DNA of 64,000 nt from Burkholderiales bacterium (GCA_035549715.1 DASZQJ010000160.1:22688-86687), one strand, 5' to 3'; shown: positions 10,407 through 20,159, counted from the stretch's first letter. Notes: generated by a model not told the origin, from the letters alone. Translations and numbers: made by a program.

Positions 10407-11612
10407 ATGGCCGCATTCCAGTACAAGGCGATCGACCGCACCGGGCGCCCGGCCCGGGGCAAGCTGGATGCCGCCAACGAGGTGGACCTCGAGCTGCGCC
10501 TGAAGAAGATGGGGCTCGACCTCATCACCTCGCGAGCCCTGCGCAGCCACGCGCCCTCGCTTGCCTCGGGCCAGATCACCCGCACGGACCTGATCACCTT
10601 CTGCTTCGACCTCGAGCAGATCACCCGCGCCGGCATCCCGCTGCTGGAAGGCCTGCGCGACCTGCGCGACGGCATGGACAACCCGCGCTTCCGGGAAATC
10701 CTCACCTCCGTGATCGAGGACATCGAGGGCGGCAAGTCGCTGTCCCAGGCGCTCGCGTCCTTTCCCAAGGTGTTCGCGCCGGTGTTCATCAGCCTGATCC
10801 GCGCCGGCGAACTCTCCGGGACGCTGACCGAGGTCTTCGAGAACCTCGGCCAGACGCTGAAGTGGCAGGACGAGCTTGCCGCCCAGACCAAGAAGCTGCT
10901 CGCCTACCCGACGCTGGTGCTGTTCGTCGTGCTCGGCGTCATGATCTTCCTGCTGCTCTACCTCGTGCCCCAGGTCACCTCGCTGCTCAAGACCATGGGC
11001 CTCACCCTGCCGATCCAGACCCGGATCCTGATCGGCCTGTCCAATTTCGTGGCCGACTGGTGGTTCCTGCTGGTCTTCTTCCCGGTGGCAGCCTCCATCA
11101 CCGTGGGGTTCATGGCCCGGGCCAACCCGCGCACGCGCTACATGCTGGACTACGCGATGCTGCGCCTGCCCGTGATCGGCGACATCCTGCAGAAGATCAT
11201 CCTGGCCCGGTTCGCCAATTTCTTCGCGCTCATGTACCGCTCCGGCATCACGGTGCTCGACGCCATCCGCACCAGCGAGGACATCGTCGGCAACCGCGTC
11301 ATCGCCGACAGCCTGCAGCGCGCAGGACAGCAGATCAACGCCGGCGAGAACATGTCGGAGGCCTTCCAGAACCTCGGGGTCTTCCCGCCGCTGGTCATCC
11401 GCATGCTGCGCACCGGCGAGAGCACCGGCGCGCTGGACGTCGCCCTGCTCAACATCACCTACTTCTACAATCGTGACGTGAGGGAGTCGGTGGACAAGGC
11501 GCTCAAGCTGCTGGAGCCCATGCTCACGCTGGTGCTCGGCGGCATGCTCGCCATGGTGCTGTTCTCCGTGCTCACGCCGATCTACGACATCATCGGCAAG
11601 ATGAAATTCTGA
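10407..11612 (+). CDS. GspF/PilC/MshG-family inner-membrane platform protein
   Basis: 401 aa, duplicated T2SSF domain architecture. MAAFQYKAIDRTGRPARGKLDA N-terminus is typical of GspF/PilC. Three TM regions. Confidence 0.9.
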   Translation: MAAFQYKAIDRTGRPARGKLDAANEVDLELRLKKMGLDLITSRALRSHAPSLASGQITRTDLITFCFDLEQITRAGIPLLEGLRDLRDGMDNPRFREILTSVIEDIEGGKSLSQALASFPKVFAPVFISLIRAGELSGTLTEVFENLGQTLKWQDELAAQTKKLLAYPTLVLFVVLGVMIFLLLYLVPQVTSLLKTMGLTLPIQTRILIGLSNFVADWWFLLVFFPVAASITVGFMARANPRTRYMLDYAMLRLPVIGDILQKIILARFANFFALMYRSGITVLDAIRTSEDIVGNRVIADSLQRAGQQINAGENMSEAFQNLGVFPPLVIRMLRTGESTGALDVALLNITYFYNRDVRESVDKALKLLEPMLTLVLGGMLAMVLFSVLTPIYDIIGKMKF

Positions 11613-11625
11613 CCGCCGGACCGAC

Positions 11626-13155
11626 ATGGCCAACAAGATCCTCATCTGCGTCTCCGCCGACCAGGCCACCATGGGCCTGTGGAAGGGCCGCCGGCTGACG
11701 GGCTGCAGGACCTTCGCCAACGACGAGGCCGGCTGGAACGCGTTCAACGCCCACCTCGCCGCGGCGCACGGCACCGTGGCCTACGTCATGGCCGACACGG
11801 TGGACGAGGATTACCGCTTCGAGACCCTGCCCCATGCCAAGGGCGGCGACCGCGCCGAGATGGTGGCGCGCAAGCTCAAGCAGCTCTACCGCGGCACGAC
11901 CTACTTCTCCTATTCCCTGCAGAACCGCGAGGCCGGCAAGCGCAAGGACGACCGCTACCTCTTCGCCGCCCTGACCAGCCCGGAGCTGCTCTCGCCCTGG
12001 CTCAAGGCCATCAATTCCCAGGCGCTGCCGGTGGCCGGGGTGTACTCGCTGCCGATGGTGAGCGCCTCCCTCATCGGCCACCTCAAGACCAGGCACGCCG
12101 ACCTGCTGGTCGTGAGCAAGGGCGCCGCCGGCGTGCGCCAGACCTACTTCAAGGACCTCAAGTTCCGCATCAGCCGCCTGACCCCGCTGCGGGAGATGGA
12201 CGAGGCCGCCGACCAGTATTACGCGGACGAGGTCAGCAACACCCGGATGTACCTCGACGCGCTGACCATCACGCACGTCGACGACACGCTGCATGTGGTC
12301 GTCCTCGACCAGGACGACAGCCTGGGGGGCCTGCCCGCGGCGATCTCGCGCGGCCGGCCCAACATGCAGTGCACGCTGCTGAAGAAGGCGGACATCGTCT
12401 CCCAGTTCTCCATCGCGGCGCGGGAGCTGGAAGCCTCGGACGACGCGCTGCACCTGCACCTGCTCGGGGAAGGCACGCCGGGCCACAACTTCGCCCCGCC
12501 CCAGGTCACCCAGGGCTTCCAGCGCCACGTCGGCCGCCGCATGGTCTATGCCGCCTCCGGCGCGGTGCTCCTGCTGGCGCTGCTGTGGAGCGGGAAGAAC
12601 GTCTACGACACCAGCAACGCGCGGGCCGAGACCACCCGGCTGCGCCAGAACGCGCAATCGTTCCAGGCCCGCTACCAGCAGGAGGCCGCCCAGTTCCCGA
12701 GCGCGCCGACCACCAGCGAGAACCTGCGCAACACCGTCGAGGTGGCCGACCAGCTCAAGAAGTACGTGCGCATGCCCGACGCGATGATGTCCACCATCAG
12801 CCGGGCCCTGGACGCCGCCCCGCAGATCCAGCTCGCCGCGCTGGAATGGAAATACGAGCCGGTCACGGAAGCGACCGCGGGGCCGAACCCCGTGGCCCCC
12901 GTCGGCACCTTCCTGCAATCGGCGACGCTGCGTGGCGAGGTGGGCGGGTTCATCGGCGACTACAAGGGCGCCATGACCCAGATCAACGCCTTCGCGAACC
13001 AGCTCGCCGGCGACCCCCGTGTGGCCCGCGTGCAGGCCCTGCGCCTGCCCTTCAACGCCAGCTCCGAGAGCGGCATGCAGGGCACCACTGACGCCCCGGC
13101 CGGGGCGATGACGGCGCAGTTCGAGTTCGCCATCACCTTCAAGGCGGCCCCATGA
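11626..13155 (+). CDS. PilM-PilN fusion / MshI- or GspL-like assembly protein (cytoplasmic actin-like domain, one TM, periplasmic domain)
   Basis: 509 aa. Position directly after the gspF-like gene. Central TM MVYAASGAVLLLALLWSG followed by a coiled-coil-like segment. Assignment is by architecture and context only. Confidence 0.55.
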   Translation: MANKILICVSADQATMGLWKGRRLTGCRTFANDEAGWNAFNAHLAAAHGTVAYVMADTVDEDYRFETLPHAKGGDRAEMVARKLKQLYRGTTYFSYSLQNREAGKRKDDRYLFAALTSPELLSPWLKAINSQALPVAGVYSLPMVSASLIGHLKTRHADLLVVSKGAAGVRQTYFKDLKFRISRLTPLREMDEAADQYYADEVSNTRMYLDALTITHVDDTLHVVVLDQDDSLGGLPAAISRGRPNMQCTLLKKADIVSQFSIAARELEASDDALHLHLLGEGTPGHNFAPPQVTQGFQRHVGRRMVYAASGAVLLLALLWSGKNVYDTSNARAETTRLRQNAQSFQARYQQEAAQFPSAPTTSENLRNTVEVADQLKKYVRMPDAMMSTISRALDAAPQIQLAALEWKYEPVTEATAGPNPVAPVGTFLQSATLRGEVGGFIGDYKGAMTQINAFANQLAGDPRVARVQALRLPFNASSESGMQGTTDAPAGAMTAQFEFAITFKAAP

Positions 13156-13772
13156 GCATGAACCTCGGCCTGCGCGACTTCCTCTCCATGCGCCTGCCGA
13201 TGGCGGTGCTCCTGGCCGTCATCGTCGCCTCGGTGGCCATGGTCCGCTACACGTCGATGCAGAACGCCGCGGCGGAGCAGGAGCGCCGCGCCCAGGCCAA
13301 TGCCACGCGCGAGGCGCAGGTGCGGGTCGAGAAATCCGGCCAGGAGAAGGCCGTCATCCTCGAGTTCCTCCCCGCCTACCAGAAGCTGCAGGCCGAGGGC
13401 CTGGTCGGCGACGAGCAGCGCCTGGAATGGATCGAGGCCCTGCGCAAGGCCAACAGGCAGGCAGGCCTGTTCGGCGTGAGCTACCAGCTCGAGCCGCGCA
13501 AGGCCTTCCCGGTGCAGGCCATCGTCAACCCCATGGCGCAGCACATCCAGACCTCCGACATGAAGCTCGCCTTCGGCCTGATGCACGAGGGCGACCTGAT
13601 GAAATTCCTCGACGCGCTCGCCGCCCAGAAGAGCGGCCTGTTCCTGGTGCGGCGCTGCGCCGTGGACCGGCCGGTGCGCACTGACACGCCGCCCGCGCCG
13701 CGCCAGGCGAACCTCACCGCCAAGTGCGAGCTGTCGTGGCTGACCATCGCCCCCGGAAAGGCCGGATCATGA
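13152..13772 (+). CDS. PilO/GspM/MshJ-like bitopic assembly protein
   Basis: 206 aa. N-terminal TM MRLPMAVLLAVIVASVAMV followed by coiled-coil AAAEQERRAQANATREAQV. 4-nt overlap with the upstream gene. Context-based call. Confidence 0.5.
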   Translation: MSMNLGLRDFLSMRLPMAVLLAVIVASVAMVRYTSMQNAAAEQERRAQANATREAQVRVEKSGQEKAVILEFLPAYQKLQAEGLVGDEQRLEWIEALRKANRQAGLFGVSYQLEPRKAFPVQAIVNPMAQHIQTSDMKLAFGLMHEGDLMKFLDALAAQKSGLFLVRRCAVDRPVRTDTPPAPRQANLTAKCELSWLTIAPGKAGS

Positions 13773-14266
13773 AGCACATCGCGCCGATGCTCGCGCTCGC
13801 CGCCCTCTGCGGCGCCGCCCACGCCGCCGAGCCCCTCGGCCGCCTGTTCTTCACCCCCGCGCAGCGCGCCACCCTCGACGCCGGCAAGCAGCTTGACCTG
13901 CCCAAAAAGGCCGGTCCCACCGTGCGTGGCCCCAGCGCCGTGACTCTCAACGGCATCGTCACCCGCAGCGACGGCGAATCCACCGTGTGGGTCAACGGCT
14001 CGCCCGCCAATGTGCCGCGCGGCGCAGGCAACGCGACGATCTACGCCAAGCCCTCCGGCGGCAGCAGCGCCCGCGTGACGGTCATGGAATCGGGAACCAA
14101 GCTGCGCGTGGGGCAGACGCTGGACCGGCGGACGGGGAAGGTGATGGAAACCTACGAGCACAAGCCGGCACCAATCCAATCAGACACAACCTCAAAAGAA
14201 GCGGGTACCACGCAAGGCGCTCCCAACCCCAGCAGGCCACCGCAGGAAGGCACGACGGAGAACTAA
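13769..14266 (+). CDS. Small secreted/periplasmic protein (MshK-like position)
   Basis: Internal ATG of ORF 13724..14266 gives MKHIAPMLALAALCGAAHA signal peptide. ATGA overlap with the upstream gene. No recognisable catalytic motif. Confidence 0.5.
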   Translation: MKHIAPMLALAALCGAAHAAEPLGRLFFTPAQRATLDAGKQLDLPKKAGPTVRGPSAVTLNGIVTRSDGESTVWVNGSPANVPRGAGNATIYAKPSGGSSARVTVMESGTKLRVGQTLDRRTGKVMETYEHKPAPIQSDTTSKEAGTTQGAPNPSRPPQEGTTEN

Positions 14267-14276
14267 TTCCGTCGGA

Positions 14277-15896
14277 TTGGTACAGGCCCGCATGAATTTC
14301 GTGCCTCACAAATGTGTTTGTCATGGCCGTAACCGGCAGCTCGGCGCAGCTCTGCTGCTTTCTTTGACCCTCATGGGCTTGCTGGTCGCCATTTTTGTCG
14401 TCATCCTGACCAATGATCTTGTTAGAGAGAACTACCGACGGCAGCTGACGACGATTGCATTAGCGAAGGCTAAAGAGGCTCTTATAGGTTTCGCCGCAAG
14501 TGTGAATCTTTCCGGAGCTTGCGGTAGTCCAACGAACAATTGCGTTCGTCCTGGGGATCTTCCCTGCCCGGATCTTAACGACAATGGCGAAGCTGATGAC
14601 GGGGCTTGCAGTGACGCTAGTAGTGGAAATCAGGAAAAGCGGATAGGCCGTCTACCGTGGAAGACACTAGGATTGCCGGATTTGCGCGACGGTAATGGTG
14701 AGCGTTTGTGGTATGCGGTGTCCAACAATTTCCAGAATAGCGTTCGCACTATCTGCTTGACCCCTGGTGACGCTGGATGTTTGAACAGCGAAACACCAGG
14801 AACCATTACGGTCTCCGACCGCAATGGCGTTGTAATACATGATGGACAGGACCCCAACCCGCCCTCCGGCTTGGTCGCGATCATCATTGCGCCCGGCCCT
14901 GCCTTGGTGCGCGATGACACAGGCTCCACGCAGGATCGCAGTTGCTCCGGCGGATCATGTGATGCACAGGGCGTATGCACAAGCAGCCCTGCATCGCTAA
15001 CGGCCAAGTGCAATCCAGTGAACTACCTCGACGTTGTGAGCGGCGGAGAAGACAACGCCAACTTTACCGATGGCAGTAGCTATGACGGTTTTATCAATGG
15101 ACCAATACTTGCCGCAGGAAACAATAGTGTGCTCGTTAACGATACTCTGCTACCCATAAAGTACGAAGATGTGATGCCTTTGCTCGAACGCCGCGTGGCA
15201 AAGGAAGCGTTGAATTGCATCTCTAACTACGGCGCTGTGAACAAGCGCTTCCCTTGGGCAGCCGGTATAACGGAATCGGCCAGTTCTTCGACATATCAAT
15301 CCAAAGCAGGCGAGCGATTCGGCAGAATTCCTGATTCATTTGGAATCACTCTTCTTGATACAGTTTCGCTGACAGATCCGTTTCTTGCCAGTCTATTGAG
15401 TCCGATTTGCAGTGCACCACTTACGGCGGGGTTATGCGCCACACCGACATGGGCTACGGTTCCGGCATGCAACATTCCGAATGGTGGCTGGTGGCGAAAC
15501 TGGAAGGATCAGGTCTTTTACGCCACGTCCGCAGCCAATAAACCGCTGGTTTCGGTAGATCTATTTCCGACGTTGCAAATTGGCTTTTCTATCGAAGCAA
15601 GTTGCGCCCCAACGGGGAACTGCATGACCGTGAACCCGACGGCCGGTGCGGACAAACGTGCGGTAGTGATCGTTGCCGGACGGCCGCTCGCAAGCACTAC
15701 ACCTCCGCAACCTCAAAAAACCTATGTTGATCCGCCAGCCCCACCGACCGCAAGCGTTCGGAATAGAGCCAATGCCCAGCACTATCTCGAAGGCATAAAC
15801 GCCGGTCCGGCATCGACGCCCGCTGCGCCCAGTAACTTCACATTTCAACAGTCTCCCTGGTCTACGACTTTCAACGATACAGTCTTGTACCAATGA
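14277..15896 (+). CDS. Large Cys-rich pilin-like protein with GspK/PilX/MshP-type hydrophobic N-terminus (candidate tip/adhesin minor pilin)
   Basis: 539 aa. N-terminus RQLGAALLLSLTLMGLLVAIFVVIL lacks a canonical G-FTLxE site. It shares KEALxGFA...LPCP...NG..D...C...KRxGxxPW..LGxPxL motifs with the next gene. Many Cys. Low GC. The start may be 14292. Confidence 0.6.
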   Translation: MVQARMNFVPHKCVCHGRNRQLGAALLLSLTLMGLLVAIFVVILTNDLVRENYRRQLTTIALAKAKEALIGFAASVNLSGACGSPTNNCVRPGDLPCPDLNDNGEADDGACSDASSGNQEKRIGRLPWKTLGLPDLRDGNGERLWYAVSNNFQNSVRTICLTPGDAGCLNSETPGTITVSDRNGVVIHDGQDPNPPSGLVAIIIAPGPALVRDDTGSTQDRSCSGGSCDAQGVCTSSPASLTAKCNPVNYLDVVSGGEDNANFTDGSSYDGFINGPILAAGNNSVLVNDTLLPIKYEDVMPLLERRVAKEALNCISNYGAVNKRFPWAAGITESASSSTYQSKAGERFGRIPDSFGITLLDTVSLTDPFLASLLSPICSAPLTAGLCATPTWATVPACNIPNGGWWRNWKDQVFYATSAANKPLVSVDLFPTLQIGFSIEASCAPTGNCMTVNPTAGADKRAVVIVAGRPLASTTPPQPQKTYVDPPAPPTASVRNRANAQHYLEGINAGPASTPAAPSNFTFQQSPWSTTFNDTVLYQ

Positions 15897-16633
15897 CTTC
15901 ACTGAACCGGAGCTTTGTTTCCGTAGCCAACTCGCCTAAAGGATTCACGCTAGTCGAGCTGGCAATTGGTATGCTCGTGATTGCGTTATTATTAGGAAGT
16001 ATCCTCGTTCCGCTGTCGGCACAGGTGGAACAACGCAAAGTCGCGGAAACCCAAAAAGTACTCGAGGAAACGAGAGAAGCACTGCTCGGGTTTGCAGTGA
16101 CTCAAGGCTATCTGCCTTGTCCAGCGGTATCAGCAGCAAATGGAGATGAAGACCGCTCCGCTGGGACTTGCACGGGGGGAAAGCGCCAAGGATTCGTGCC
16201 ATGGGCACTCCTCGGAACGCCCAAACTAGACGCTTGGGGACATATATTTCGATATAGCGTGTCCCCCACGTTTAGTACATCAGTAGCACCATTCAGCCTC
16301 GCATCCACGCGCGACATTACTATCCGAACCCGGGATAGCAGTGGCGCCCTTACGAACCTCTCGAATCTAAACGCGATCCCAGCGGTAGTTCTCTCCGTTG
16401 GAAAGAACGGCTATTGGGGAACAATTGACAACGGCACCAATGTCGGCGACAAGCTAGGCACTCCGGACAATGTGGACGAAGATACGAATGGCAATGGAAG
16501 CGGCCAGGTGTTCGTCTCCCGCACAATCACGGATAATGCAAATGCTACGGGAGGAGAGTGGGACGACATAGTGATTTGGCTGTCCCCCAACGTTCTTTTC
16601 AATCGAATGGTCGCTGCTGGCAAACTGCCTTGA
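15893..16633 (+). CDS. Prepilin-type N-terminal cleavage/methylation domain protein (minor pilin/pseudopilin)
   Basis: Class III signal: ...SPKG/FTLVELAIGMLVIALLLG with Glu5. 4-nt overlap with the upstream gene. Low GC. Confidence 0.8.
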   Translation: MTSLNRSFVSVANSPKGFTLVELAIGMLVIALLLGSILVPLSAQVEQRKVAETQKVLEETREALLGFAVTQGYLPCPAVSAANGDEDRSAGTCTGGKRQGFVPWALLGTPKLDAWGHIFRYSVSPTFSTSVAPFSLASTRDITIRTRDSSGALTNLSNLNAIPAVVLSVGKNGYWGTIDNGTNVGDKLGTPDNVDEDTNGNGSGQVFVSRTITDNANATGGEWDDIVIWLSPNVLFNRMVAAGKLP

Positions 16634-16655
16634 CCATTGCAGAGCAGCGCGGCAA

Positions 16656-18395
16656 TTAACGAGTAACTGAACGACTCTCCCCCGGCCTCAACGCAAAGCA
16701 AACATTCCCCGCCCGGTTGTCCTGCAGCTCCATCCGGTAGCCCTGCTCCTTCGCGAACTTCCCCGACTGGTACAGCCCCACGCCCAGGCCGCTGTTCGAC
16801 TGCACCGGTGAGCTGAAAAGCTGCGTCGCGAGCCCCTCGGGCACGGGCTGGCCGTCGTCGGTGACCTTGAGCGTGAAGCCGTTGCTCCACTGCAGGGCGG
16901 CGACGATGCGCAGCCTGCCCACCGCCTTGCGCTTGTCGAGCGCGTTCTGCAGGAGGTTCGTCAGCGCGCTCTCGAACACGTCCGCCGGCAGGGTCGCCCC
17001 CGCCGGGAAGTCCGCGCCCTCGAACTCCACGGCCTCGTGGGCGTAGCGCTGCTTCACCGCCGTCCACCATTGCAGGGCGGACGTGGCGTCGGTGCCCACG
17101 GGCGGCTTGGTGTTGAGCTTGTCCAGGGTGATCTGCAGGCGCTGGGTGATCTGCGGCAGCTGGCGCTGCATGAGCAGGCGCAGGGCGTCGGCATCGTCGG
17201 CGCCGCTGGTCTCGGCCGCGTTGCACAGCGAGCGCAGGGTCTGCAGCAGGTTCTTCACGTCGTGCGTCAGGCGCGAGCCGGTCTCGTAGATGGCCTGCAC
17301 GTAGGCGTTGCGGCGCTGCTCCTGCTCGCGCACCTTGGCGTCGTAGTAGTCGCCCAGCAGGCGCGCCAGCAGGCGGATGTGCAGCACCAGCGCCGGGCTC
17401 GGCGACCAGCGCGTGTACAGGGTCAGCGTCAGGCCGCCGAAGGTGAAGGCGGTGGCGTATTTGGTGGTGTCGCCGGCCACGCCGCTCGAGCCGCGGCCCT
17501 GCCACTGCACGCCGGAGAGCCAGGGCAGGCCCGACATCTCGTGCGCGGCGACGATGACGAACTTGTCCGGGTCGCGCTCGCGGTCGGCCAGGGCGGCCAG
17601 GCTGTGCATCCAGCGCTCGAAGGGCACGCCCATGCTCATGAAGTAGCGGGTCATGAGGTTGCCGATGCCGGCAAAGCCCGCGCGCGGGTCCCACAGCAGC
17701 GACAGGGCGACCAGCAGGCCCGCGATCACGATGAGCGTCTGCGCCAGCGAGACCACGTAGTTGCCGTGGCTCACCTCCTTGATCACGAAGGAGCCGAGCA
17801 CCAGCACCACGAGCATCAGGAACAGCAGCAGGCTGTAAAAGAGGTCCACCGAGTAGGCCGAGGCGCGCCTGGACTTCTCCGTCTTCACGAAAAAGATCGC
17901 GAGCACGGGCAGGACGAGGACGTAGCGGACCACCGTGGTCAGCAGGCCGGGGAAGGCCTGCTCGGGGAACAGGTGCGGCACCACCCAGGTGAGCAGCACC
18001 GAGAGCAGGTACACGGCGGCGAGCAGGGAGACGATGCGCTGGCCGAAGTTCTTGATGCCGGGGACGTTGCCGCCGATCAGCGAGAACAGCACCGAGATCC
18101 ACAGCGCCATCAGCCACCAGCTGCCGACGGCGATCAGCAGCACCGCCGCGCCGATGATCAGGACCGCCTGGCCGGGGATGACCTTCTGCCCGCCCTGCAT
18201 CAGCGGCTGCCACAGCAGGAAGAAGCCGAAGTGCGACAGCAGCAGCGCCTTGGCGAGCGGGTCGCCCAGCTCCAGCAGCAGGGCCCCGTGCAGCGCGAGC
18301 AGCATCAGCGAGAGCCAGTGCTCCTGGCGAATGCCGGCCACCAGGCGGCGGGCGAATCCGGATTCCGTTTTGATTTCCGCTTCCATCCTTGACAA
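16656..18395 (-). CDS. Polytopic membrane sensor histidine kinase, PrsK-like
   Basis: 579 aa. About 8 or more N-terminal TM helices. H-box SRLTHDVKNLLQTL. HATPase N/G boxes LLQNALDK, DDGQPVP, GLGVGLYQ. Confidence 0.75.
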   Translation of the reverse strand: MSRMEAEIKTESGFARRLVAGIRQEHWLSLMLLALHGALLLELGDPLAKALLLSHFGFFLLWQPLMQGGQKVIPGQAVLIIGAAVLLIAVGSWWLMALWISVLFSLIGGNVPGIKNFGQRIVSLLAAVYLLSVLLTWVVPHLFPEQAFPGLLTTVVRYVLVLPVLAIFFVKTEKSRRASAYSVDLFYSLLLFLMLVVLVLGSFVIKEVSHGNYVVSLAQTLIVIAGLLVALSLLWDPRAGFAGIGNLMTRYFMSMGVPFERWMHSLAALADRERDPDKFVIVAAHEMSGLPWLSGVQWQGRGSSGVAGDTTKYATAFTFGGLTLTLYTRWSPSPALVLHIRLLARLLGDYYDAKVREQEQRRNAYVQAIYETGSRLTHDVKNLLQTLRSLCNAAETSGADDADALRLLMQRQLPQITQRLQITLDKLNTKPPVGTDATSALQWWTAVKQRYAHEAVEFEGADFPAGATLPADVFESALTNLLQNALDKRKAVGRLRIVAALQWSNGFTLKVTDDGQPVPEGLATQLFSSPVQSNSGLGVGLYQSGKFAKEQGYRMELQDNRAGNVCFALRPGESRSVTR

Positions 18396-18450
18396 CCCCG
18401 ATGCATGTCGCGCAACTTACGTTCGCACCGCCATCCCCGCACCGACCCTG

Positions 18451-19218
18451 ATGAAGCCGAACCGGGTGGGCGCCATCGCCCGCTACACCGTCCTCGAAGC
18501 CTGGCGCAACCGGCTGGGCATCATCGTCGCCGTCGCCGTCGCGCTGCTGTTCCTGCTGAGCGTGTTCGTGCGCGAACTCGCCGTCACGGAAAGCGGCCGC
18601 CTGCAGACCGCCCTGCTCGCCGCGGCGCTGCGGCTCGCCAGCGTGTTCCTGGTGGGCCTGTACGTCCTCAACGGCCTCACCCGCGAGTTCAACGACAAGG
18701 TGGTCGAGCTGGTGCTCTCGCTCGACCTGCCCCGCCCGGCCTACGTGCTGGGCAAGTTCCTCGGCTACGCCGTGGTGGCCGCCGTCGTCGCGCTCATCGC
18801 CACCATCCCCGTGGCATTCCTCGCGCCCGCCGGCGCGGCGGCCTGGGGTTTCTCGCTCGCCCTGGAGCTGCTGCTGGTCGCGGCCATCGCGGTGTTCTGC
18901 GTGACCACCTTCACGCAGCTCCTGAGCGCGGCGGCCTTCGTCGCGGCATTCTACCTGCTTGCCCGTTCGATCACCGCCATCCAGTTGATGAGCACCGCCG
19001 GCCTGGTGGCCGACGCGGGCCCGGCCCAGAAGCTGGGCGAATGGCTCGCCAACGCGATGGCCTTCGTGCTGCCGCGGCTGGACACCTTCACGCAGACGGC
19101 ATGGCTGATGCCCGAGGGTTCGCCCGGCGGGCTGGGCGCCATCGTCCTGCAGTCGGCCATCTACGTGGCCCTGCTGCTGGGGGCGGCCATGTTCGACCTC
19201 TACCGCCGGAATTTCTGA
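18451..19218 (+). CDS. ABC-2 family transporter permease (six-TM membrane protein)
   Basis: Tail of ORF 17935..19218 from ATG 18451: MKPNRVGAIARYTVLEAWRNRLGIIVAVAVALLFLL..., multiple hydrophobic helices, ends DLYRRNF. No ATPase gene adjacent. Confidence 0.65.
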   Translation: MKPNRVGAIARYTVLEAWRNRLGIIVAVAVALLFLLSVFVRELAVTESGRLQTALLAAALRLASVFLVGLYVLNGLTREFNDKVVELVLSLDLPRPAYVLGKFLGYAVVAAVVALIATIPVAFLAPAGAAAWGFSLALELLLVAAIAVFCVTTFTQLLSAAAFVAAFYLLARSITAIQLMSTAGLVADAGPAQKLGEWLANAMAFVLPRLDTFTQTAWLMPEGSPGGLGAIVLQSAIYVALLLGAAMFDLYRRNF

Positions 19219-19225
19219 GGCGCCC

Positions 19226-19972
19226 TTGCGCGAGCGCGCCCTCTCGGCCGTCCCGGCCCCGGTGATCTGGCTGCTGGCCGGGGCCTTTTGCGCCCAGCTC
19301 GCGCTCAAGGGCCTCGAGCCGCGACCTCAGGCCCGCGCGGCGGACCTGCCGCCGGCGCCGCCCGCCTCCACCCTGCGCCTGCTCGGCCTGGGCGAGCCCC
19401 TGGGCATCGCCCAGCTCCTGTCGCTCTACCTGCAGGCCTTCGACACCCAGCCCGGGATCAGCATCGCGTTCCGGGAGCTCGACTACGAAGCCGTGGCGGG
19501 CTGGCTGGACCGGGTGGTGGACCTCGACCCCGCCGGCCAGTACCCGCTGCTCATGGCCTCCCAGGTCTATACGCAGGTGCCGGACGAGGCCCGCCAGCGG
19601 CGCATGCTCGCCTGGGTCGAGCGCCGCTTCCGGGAGGATCCGGACCGGCGCTGGCGCTGGCTCGCGCACGCCGCCATCCTCGCCAAGCACAGGCTGCACG
19701 ACCTGCCGCTCGCCCTGCAGTACGCGCAGGAGGTCCACCGCCTGGCCACCGGGCCTTCCGTGCCGGACTGGGCCAAGCAGATGCACATCTTCCTGCTCGA
19801 GGACATGGGCGAGCGCGAAACCGCGAAAATCCTGCTCGGCGGGCTGCTCGCGAGCGGCACCATCACCGACGAGCACGAGATGCTTTTTCTCACCGAACGC
19901 CTGAAATCGATGGGCGGCCCTGTTGAGAAATCGTCAGGATCGTCGGAATCACGACTCAACCGGGAGCGCTGA
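19226..19972 (+). CDS. Hypothetical membrane-anchored protein
   Basis: ORF 19226..19972 (TTG start per track). N-terminal helix VIWLLAGAFCAQLAL. Helical repeat-like body (RRMLAWVERRFREDPDRRWRWLAHAAILAKH). No family recognised. Confidence 0.45.
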   Translation: MRERALSAVPAPVIWLLAGAFCAQLALKGLEPRPQARAADLPPAPPASTLRLLGLGEPLGIAQLLSLYLQAFDTQPGISIAFRELDYEAVAGWLDRVVDLDPAGQYPLLMASQVYTQVPDEARQRRMLAWVERRFREDPDRRWRWLAHAAILAKHRLHDLPLALQYAQEVHRLATGPSVPDWAKQMHIFLLEDMGERETAKILLGGLLASGTITDEHEMLFLTERLKSMGGPVEKSSGSSESRLNRER

Positions 19973-20066
19973 GCGGCGTGACGGCGCCCCGGCGGCCCCT
20001 CGCGCGGGGATCATTAAAATTCAATGAATCAATGTGTTATGGGGAATCACGGGCGTGCCCAAGCCA

Positions 20067-20094
20067 TGCGCACGTCATTGCGCCCGTTTGCGCC
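20067..20094. promoter_or_regulatory. Three phased TGCGC repeats, candidate enhancer (UAS) for the pilin promoter
   Basis: TGCGCAcgtcatTGCGCCcgttTGCGCC, about 50-75 nt upstream of the -24 element. Confidence 0.3.
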
Positions 20095-20098
20095 ATGA

Positions 20099-20111
20099 AA
20101 TCAACCCATTG
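20099..20111 (+). promoter_or_regulatory. IHF-binding site consensus match
   Basis: AATCAACCCATTG matches WATCAANNNNTTR at every defined position. It lies between the TGCGC repeats and the -24/-12 promoter, in an AT-rich patch. Confidence 0.5.
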
Positions 20112-20143
20112 ATTTAAAACGAATGTAGTTCGCCAGGTCACGA

Positions 20144-20159
20144 TGGCACGGAACTCGCA
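20144..20159 (+). promoter_or_regulatory. Sigma-54 (-24/-12) promoter of the major pilin genes
   Basis: TGGCACG-GAAC-TCGCA versus TGGCACG-N4-TTGCW (one mismatch). 40 nt upstream of ATG 20199, RBS GGAGGGAAG. Confidence 0.7.

Noticed and set aside
8787-11774. 995-aa minus-strand ORF antisense to the GspE/GspF-like genes. Similar giant antisense ORFs occur at 2346-4481(-), 5407-7449(-), 16411-19308(-), 37429-40206(+), 53090-56104(-) and 58194-60863(+).
   Set aside because: Their translations are R/A/G/P/H/D-rich low complexity with no motifs. The opposite strands encode proteins with clear Walker boxes, secretin, kinase, EAL or SpoT signatures. These are typical stop-codon-poor shadow frames of high-GC DNA.
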